64,000 nt of DNA from Candidatus Bathyarchaeia archaeon. Lineage in GTDB: Archaea > Thermoproteota > Bathyarchaeia > Bathyarchaeales > Bathycorpusculaceae. Every line of letters begins with the position of its first letter. Positions within the stretch are counted from its first letter, which is position 1. Below are positions 58,054-64,000 of the stretch, in pieces. A model generated the notes under the pieces. That model was not told where the DNA came from, did not search any database, and worked only from the letters and a program-made list of their open reading frames with translations. Location of the stretch: positions 32,001-96,000 of the forward strand of contig JBEKHN010000003.1 of the NCBI GenBank assembly GCA_050012255.1, written 5' to 3'. Made by a program: the position numbers and the translations under genes.

Positions 58054-58162
58054 TAGAAGAAGAGATTAGTCAGCTTGTATCTGAATAGTGTTGAAGGCTT
58101 TGAAGAAAACTAGGAAGAAAGTCCCAAGTTCCTATTCTAGTATGCCTTATTATTTCCCAACC
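58054..58162. repeat. Diverged direct repeat B, paired with 55719-55825
   Basis: Colinear similarity to 55719-55825 by hand alignment. Confidence 0.7.
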
Positions 58163-58384
58163 GAGCAAGTTGACGTTATACGCAAGATGCAGCCGAGGAA
58201 AAGGAAGAAGGAGCAGTAGGTTTTTTCATATCTAGCAACTCTCTATCGGCTTTTCCACACTTCACCTTAAGAAGAGCTGGTTTGTAGTTGGATGGGCTGC
58301 CTTGTTGTATTCAAACACAACTGCCTGCGCTTGCTGAAACTTTGCAGAGCGCGACGAATGCGTAATTGAGAAGACTTTAATTGC

Positions 58385-58765
58385 TTGCGCAAAGATAGCT
58401 GCTTCAAGGGCAAGAGCGCGTTGACAACTACAAGCAGTGACTACTTGCAGAGATTTAACCGTCTTCTCGTTTGGTCTACTGTGGTGCTTTTAATTATCTT
58501 TGTAATTTCAGGATTCGGTATCACAAACTCGAGAACGACGAGCGAAATGACTGGAGGCGTGTTTACTTTCAGCGTCTCATTGTACCTGCATCTGAATCTG
58601 GCAGTGCCCGTTCTCATACTGCTGGTGATTCACGTGCTGATCGGATTGAAGGCCGCTTTGACACGGTGGGGAGTGGAAGAAGCAAGGCTGTTGAATGTTG
58701 TTCTTATCGCACTGGGCCTTTTTGTCACGGCTCTGATAATTCTGGCGCGGTATCTGATATTCTAA
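58385..58765 (+). CDS. Three-TM membrane protein with two His (cytochrome b-like)
   Basis: ISGFG, YLHLNL...LVIHVLIG. Confidence 0.65.
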   Translation: MRKDSCFKGKSALTTTSSDYLQRFNRLLVWSTVVLLIIFVISGFGITNSRTTSEMTGGVFTFSVSLYLHLNLAVPVLILLVIHVLIGLKAALTRWGVEEARLLNVVLIALGLFVTALIILARYLIF

Positions 58766-59517
58766 GATGTTGAAATGTGCAATGATCCATTCTTCATGAT
58801 TTGGGTCACTTGCTCTGCCGACCGTTCAGGACCTCTTTTTCTGTAGATTGCGGCTACGATTATGGCAACGAATATGACAACAGGTATTATCAGTAGCAAC
58901 CATGGAAACTCTGCGGGCGCACTGAGTATTTCCATTTTCACCACGAATTTTACCCATAATGCGGACGTCGTGGCCAGTCGTTCTGGTCCAACGATCGCAA
59001 GGAGTAGGGGGCTTTCATCTGAGGACAGGTTTGCACCGTCAAAGTAGTATGCCAGAATCGGAGTGAGAGATTGATTGTGAGGCACTTGTTGACCTGTCAA
59101 AGTGTCGAATGTTGTGAAATTGCCGTTCACTTTATCATAACTGAGAGTCTTGGTGTAGTTGTCAGAGGCTGTTATTTTGAGGCTGCTGCCGTTGGCTATT
59201 CCTCCAACCAAATTGCAGAAGGCTATCAATGGAACCCCTGTGTAGTTTCCCAGACCTCTGATGAATCCGCCTTGGGTTTCATAGCCTCCGTAGGTCGTGT
59301 ACGAGGGGAGGCTTCCGATGTCGTTAGAGGTCAAGACGAGTTGGGTGCCATTTGCCGCGACGACAGTAAGAGTCATGGGAGGAAGATTGATGGCGGTAGT
59401 CGCCGCCCGTGCCCTCGCACTTGAACATGAAACTGCGCTCGTGGCTACCAAGACTAGTGTGACCACGAGAAAAGTACGTTTTCCGTAACTGCTTTCTAGT
59501 CTGCGGTTTGGCTTCAT
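58762..59517 (-). CDS. Exported protein with sulfite-oxidase-like fold and C-terminal anchor
   Basis: Signal peptide; YTGVPL, ASDNY, ILAY..DG..L, WVK.V; PAEFP-TM-RKR tail. Confidence 0.7.
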   Translation of the reverse strand: MKPNRRLESSYGKRTFLVVTLVLVATSAVSCSSARARAATTAINLPPMTLTVVAANGTQLVLTSNDIGSLPSYTTYGGYETQGGFIRGLGNYTGVPLIAFCNLVGGIANGSSLKITASDNYTKTLSYDKVNGNFTTFDTLTGQQVPHNQSLTPILAYYFDGANLSSDESPLLLAIVGPERLATTSALWVKFVVKMEILSAPAEFPWLLLIIPVVIFVAIIVAAIYRKRGPERSAEQVTQIMKNGSLHISTS

Positions 59518-59680
59518 GTTTTCACTTGTGATTTCTTTGGGCAGTTTGTCTCAGGGTATGCGTTGCGCGCATTAAAAGCATTTTTGACTGGGCTTGATCA
59601 GTCGCTTCCGTTGGTGCGAGGTACACGGGCAAAATGCATATAGGTATGACGTACGTCATATTCCTTGAAGCGAAGGAGCG

Positions 59681-60346
59681 ATGAATGCAAGGAAAATCCT
59701 ACTGCTGGCGATTCTCGCGATGATAGTGGTTGCTGCCGCATTCGTGGGAAATTGGGTGTGGACCGGCCTGACCAGCGGGCCAACAATCTCTTATAACGGG
59801 GAAATCACGGTGTACAACGGGCAGAAGCTCGGGTCGATAAATGATTTCAGACTCGAAGCGATAAATGGTGTACAATACATAAACGTGAGCTCCTACCGGC
59901 TTGTTGTCAAAGGGCTTGTTCAAAACCAAACCGTCTACACGTACGACGACATTGTTAACAATCACACGAGTTACGAGAAAGTTGTCAAGCTCCACTGCGT
60001 GGAAGGCTGGGAAGTCACGGCTTTGTGGCAGGGTGTACGCGTGAAGGATCTCCTTGAGGAAGCCGGCTACGATCACAGTGCCAAAGTCGTAATATTCTAT
60101 GCTCAAGATGGATATACGACAAGCCTGCCGCTTTCCTACATAGTGGGCAACAACATAATGATAGCCTACAAGATAAACAACGTAACCCTTCCGGCACGAG
60201 AAGGCTTCCCGTTTCAACTAGTTGCTGAAGGCAAGTACGGGTACAAGTGGATAAAGTGGATAACCACGATAGAAGTATCCAACGACACCAGCTTTCGAGG
60301 CTATTGGGAAAGCTATGGATACGACAACAATGCCGACCTACCGTGA
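59681..60346 (+). CDS. Molybdopterin-dependent oxidoreductase (sulfite oxidase/MsrP family)
   Basis: LHCVEGW, W.GV, DGYTTSLP, GFP..LV...KYGYK..KW, GYWE..GY. Confidence 0.93.
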   Translation: MNARKILLLAILAMIVVAAAFVGNWVWTGLTSGPTISYNGEITVYNGQKLGSINDFRLEAINGVQYINVSSYRLVVKGLVQNQTVYTYDDIVNNHTSYEKVVKLHCVEGWEVTALWQGVRVKDLLEEAGYDHSAKVVIFYAQDGYTTSLPLSYIVGNNIMIAYKINNVTLPAREGFPFQLVAEGKYGYKWIKWITTIEVSNDTSFRGYWESYGYDNNADLP

Positions 60347-60412
60347 TGCCTGAATCTGGCCCCTGCTTTTCTGAACAAGACGTTGCTGTGCAGTAGTATT
60401 CTGAGCAGCGTT

Positions 60413-62650
60413 TCACAGAGCATGAGGCGTATCCCTGAAGAGTAAAGAGTCTTTAATGGGCCCTTTTCCAGATTCTTCTTTGGCACCTGCGGCTTCCTTC
60501 TTTCTCCGTCTGACGTAGATTATGCTGCTCAATGTGATCGCTGCTATTCCAATGGCAATGATTGGAACCTCATAGACAAGCGGGTTGACACCTTGTTGTT
60601 GTCCTTCGCCATCTGTGACTTGCGCGATTTTATACAAATCATAATAGCAGTTTCCGGGGTATAACGGATTGTAGTACCAGCCTCCCACCCAGTCCCTTGA
60701 CCATCTTCGCCCTAACCATTCAGTCAGTGGTAAGCTTGGGACATCTCGCCAGTAAATGTACTGCAGTTCCTGGTAAGTTGCATTTCTCTCAGGGCCATCA
60801 GGCTGACTCAGTCCAAGGTCAACCAAGTAGTCGACGAAGGTATCGTTGTACTTTTGCATTGAGGCCAAACCTCCTTTTGAGTACATGTATGTTCTTGCCA
60901 TGTCTTCTGGGTCGCCGAAGTCCGCCATCCAGCCCAAAGGGAAGACAGGCAGGTAGAACTTTCCTTGATAGTCCCAGAACGTCGGCGAGTCCACTCCGAC
61001 AGCGCTCACGTTAAACTTCGGGTCTATGCTAGTAAACACGTCGGCGATGCTTCTTTCCATGATTAGCGTACTCGTTACGTCTGATCCGATGGTGTAAACG
61101 ATTTCTGCTTGAAACCCCTGTTCCCATACTCCCGCGGCCTTCAGTTCCTCTTCGACCATCGTCGTGTTGATGTCGTGAGCGATCAAGGTCTTGTTTTCGT
61201 AGTCTGGTTTCATGCCTCTGAGCCACCATGTGACCATCTGAAGAAGGTCCGGGGGGCGCCCTGGCGAATATTCGTTCATGCATTGTGTGAAATTCAGAGC
61301 GTACGCAAATGCTCTTCTCATGTGCACGTTGGAAAACAGCTCAGGCGCTGGGCTTGTCCCGTTCTTGGGCACGTAAGGGCTGTCCGGTGAGACGTCAAAC
61401 AAGAACAGCAGGGCCTGACTTGACAGACTTGGAAGGTTCCAGTAGAGCCGTACGCCTGAGACGGGTGTGTGCCCTGTTGGGTCTGATGAGTAGTTGAGGA
61501 GATAGGGTATCTGAGACGATGAAAACCAGCAGTCGTCGTATCCGCCTGACAGAAACGCGTCTTTCGAAGCGGGCCAACCTGCGTTTTCTCCTTTGATAAC
61601 TGTCGATACATGGTTGCCAGTCCATCCGCGCCAGTATTCGGTGAATTTGTCGATTTGCCAAGTGTTGGTTGTCGAGTCCCAGCTGGTGAATTTGTATGGA
61701 CCGGTGCCGCACATGTCTGGGATGTCGGAATAGGCCGAAGGATACTTCGAGGCCTTTGAGCCGTAGGTGGCGGGGTCTTTCCACACGTCAAGCTCGCTGC
61801 GGGTTTTCGTTGGTTTCCAATGGTAGTCGTTAGTCCAGCCGGGGGTGAATAGTCCGTCCCACCCACCGTGTTCAATCACCCAGTCCTTGTTGAGGATGCT
61901 GCTCCATGTCCCGGCAAAACTCTGTTCGAGCATGTCGTCACGCCAAGTCTCTTGGAAATGAAACGTCACTTGGTTGGGGCCTGGTCCGGGGTAAACCCAG
62001 CTTTGAATCATGTTGCCCGCGGTGACTTCGTCCTCCGGGTTCTTGAAGGTGCCGTTGTCGTAGGTGCTGAATGGTCCGCCGACCTCTTCTTTGCTCCAAC
62101 CATAGATCCCGAAGGCGGGTTCGAACCACCGCCACGTCGGCGCGTACGGCGAGTCGTACACCATTTGTCTCTGGAACGAGTACACCACGTCGGCCGCGGT
62201 GAGGTTCCGCGAGGGCCTCAGGGCCCCGCTGGCGTCCATCCATGGTTGGAAGACCGCGTTGGTGTTTACGGTGAACGTCCAGTTCTTCCCGTCGGGACTG
62301 ATGTCTCCGTCGGCGACTGAGGGCACCTTGGTGGCCAAAACGGGCACAAACTCCAGCAGGTCGGCAACGTATTTGTCTGTGATCTCTGCGGTCGAATTGG
62401 GAGCGAGGGGTTTATCGCCGAAGAAGATGAGCGGTTCGTAGACGTTCTGTATCAATTCCTGGCTGTAGGTGTCGTACGCTCGTGCCGGGTCAAACCTTGC
62501 CGGATAGCCTATCGTTGCTGACTGATAGGTGGAAGTGTCCACGGGCGGTTGAGTTGAAAATGATGAAAACGTGCTGGGCAGATTTGAAACGAGTAAGACG
62601 GTGACTCCTAGAAGGGCTGCAACACTTGCCGATACGCGGCTGTAGCGCAT
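60413..62650 (-). CDS. ABC substrate-binding protein, family 5, with C-terminal TM anchor
   Basis: DPA.AYD, NVYEPL, DVVYSF.R, GTGPYK, RRAFAYA, GW.ADF.DP. Confidence 0.92.
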   Translation of the reverse strand: MRYSRVSASVAALLGVTVLLVSNLPSTFSSFSTQPPVDTSTYQSATIGYPARFDPARAYDTYSQELIQNVYEPLIFFGDKPLAPNSTAEITDKYVADLLEFVPVLATKVPSVADGDISPDGKNWTFTVNTNAVFQPWMDASGALRPSRNLTAADVVYSFQRQMVYDSPYAPTWRWFEPAFGIYGWSKEEVGGPFSTYDNGTFKNPEDEVTAGNMIQSWVYPGPGPNQVTFHFQETWRDDMLEQSFAGTWSSILNKDWVIEHGGWDGLFTPGWTNDYHWKPTKTRSELDVWKDPATYGSKASKYPSAYSDIPDMCGTGPYKFTSWDSTTNTWQIDKFTEYWRGWTGNHVSTVIKGENAGWPASKDAFLSGGYDDCWFSSSQIPYLLNYSSDPTGHTPVSGVRLYWNLPSLSSQALLFLFDVSPDSPYVPKNGTSPAPELFSNVHMRRAFAYALNFTQCMNEYSPGRPPDLLQMVTWWLRGMKPDYENKTLIAHDINTTMVEEELKAAGVWEQGFQAEIVYTIGSDVTSTLIMERSIADVFTSIDPKFNVSAVGVDSPTFWDYQGKFYLPVFPLGWMADFGDPEDMARTYMYSKGGLASMQKYNDTFVDYLVDLGLSQPDGPERNATYQELQYIYWRDVPSLPLTEWLGRRWSRDWVGGWYYNPLYPGNCYYDLYKIAQVTDGEGQQQGVNPLVYEVPIIAIGIAAITLSSIIYVRRRKKEAAGAKEESGKGPIKDSLLFRDTPHAL

Positions 62651-63266
62651 CGTGGTCCTCGCATAAGCATATCAATGTCCCGAGAGATGAGCTTTTCGGG
62701 CGTTTCATCTTCCTTTTTTCTGAAGAACACTCAGAAGGTTAGACTCAGGATGAACTTCCGCCCAAGAAACTCCCACACGGCCAAGTAAGAGATGACCGCT
62801 GATACGACTAGAGTCGTCAAGCTTAGCCTACGCGAGCCTTGAATCTCGAGTATGTCTATATTGCCTTGTGAGTTTCTGCTAGAACAGTGAGATGCTCAAC
62901 CAACTCGTTTATTGCGTCATGGACGCGCCGAAGGATAACCCCCTTCAGATGTACAACCTGCCTTCTAGAGCTACCCGGTGAAAACCGGCTCCTAGCCGGG
63001 GCGTCCCCTAAACCTCGCCCAGACACACTGAGACGCTCTCTCAGACGGTTATTAGATGTGCGTTCAGAACGAAGGAAGCCTGCAAGCAGAAGATTCTGAG
63101 GGGCTTCTGAAGGAACCGAAAGAGCCAACAGTAGTTGATGAGCCCAGTCATCTGGGCTGTTGGATGCTTGCCATGGCTGACCTATTTGGATCCAAATATC
63201 CATGATACATTGAAACCTAGGAGGGGAGGGATCCTCAGCTCCTCATTGAAACGTTGCAGTCGAACT

Positions 63267-63282
63267 TCTGTTACGTAACAGA
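63267..63282. promoter_or_regulatory. Perfect 16-bp palindrome, candidate TF site
   Basis: TCTGTTACGTAACAGA. Confidence 0.5.
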
Positions 63283-63340
63283 TATAGACGTGAGCAAACT
63301 ATTCAAGAAGCGCGAGTATAGGGGCAAAGTCCATCCAAAA

Positions 63341-63419
63341 GGGCCCGTGGTCTAGGCTGGATTAGGACGCTGGCCTGCGGAGCCGGAGATCCAGGGTTCA
63401 AATCCCTGCGGGCCCGCCA
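63341..63419 (+). tRNA. tRNA-Arg(GCG), encoded CCA
   Basis: GGGCCCG acceptor; CTGGC-CTGCGGA-GCCGG anticodon arm; CAGGG-TTCAAAT-CCCTG T arm. Confidence 0.96.
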
Positions 63420-63563
63420 AAACCTTGCATGAAGTGTCTGCGTGTGCGCTCCTTGACAAATAGGTAGCCGAGGATAGAAGAGTTCAAGCACCTTGAGGAG
63501 TGAAAAGAAATTCTCTTAAGAACGCGTGCTGTATGCATGAGGTAGACTCTTGGAAGGAACCGC

Positions 63564-64000
63564 ATGGTTTCAGAAATCCTCATCGAAGCGCAGAACCTGA
63601 CGAAGAAGTATGACGATTTCGTTGCAGTGGACAACATAGACTTTCAAGTCTACAGGGGTGAGTGCTGCGGGTTTCTTGGGCCTAACGGTGCGGGAAAGAC
63701 AACAACCATCAAAATGATTCACTGTGTCTTGCCCCCCGCGTCAGGCAAGCTTACGGTCGCGGGCATAAGCGTGTCTGAAAACCCCAGAAACATAAAGAAG
63801 ATGATAGGCGTCTCCCCTCAGGAGGAAAACCTCGACCCAGACTTCAGCGTCATAACCAACCTGACCGTCTACGCCCGCTACTTTGACATTCCTAAAAGTG
63901 AGGCACGCAAGCGAGCCGAGGCAATGCTCAAATTCTTTCAGTTGGAAGAAAAACGCGATGTCATCATTGCCCAACTGTCGACTGGCATGAAACGCCGATT
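63564..64000 (+). CDS. ABC transporter ATP-binding protein (NodI/DrrA-like), truncated by the window end
   Basis: Hand translation MVSEILIEAQNLTKKY...AVDNIDF...GFLGPNGAGKTT...LSTGMKRR. Confidence 0.93.
   Translation, partial: MVSEILIEAQNLTKKYDDFVAVDNIDFQVYRGECCGFLGPNGAGKTTTIKMIHCVLPPASGKLTVAGISVSENPRNIKKMIGVSPQEENLDPDFSVITNLTVYARYFDIPKSEARKRAEAMLKFFQLEEKRDVIIAQLSTGMKRR

Overview
Archaeal chromosomal DNA, most likely TACK and probably Bathyarchaeia. This is inferred from eIF2-gamma, rpo7/spt4, rps6e/24e/27ae, class I LysRS, AcnX, Fae-Hps and small Zn-finger proteins. About 1-12 kb is an accessory patch of small stand-alone enzymes (GNAT, two MazG-like, methyltransferase, QueG-like, phosphorylase, kinases). 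It contains two diverged direct repeats that end in tRNA-3'-like sequence. About 13-27 kb is core: ahcY, pyrE, rpl3-rps19 and the rps6e-eIF2g-PIN-rpo7-spt4-rps24e-rps27ae block. About 27-41 kb holds an MFS transporter, an HTH-Fae-Hps fusion, a three-gene glutamate-synthase-like cluster, asnA/Lrp and tRNA-Glu. About 41-64 kb holds AcnX, an HD hydrolase, a TrxR-like protein, tmk, an SPFH/Zn-ribbon module, lysS, a tandem SIS protein, an antiporter, a Mo-oxidoreductase locus, an orphan SBP, tRNA-Arg and an ABC ATPase. The best candidate for an undescribed system is the Fae-Hps enzyme with an N-terminal helix-turn-helix. Its promoter and 5' end carry eight exact TGTCGG/CCGACA hexamers, suggesting a self-regulating formaldehyde enzyme/transcription factor. 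Other highlights are a CTG-started rpo7, a DPM2-like membrane protein, a metal-ligand-less M29 peptidase and intergenic GCGCGC enrichment. All calls come from motif recognition by eye; no database searches were run.
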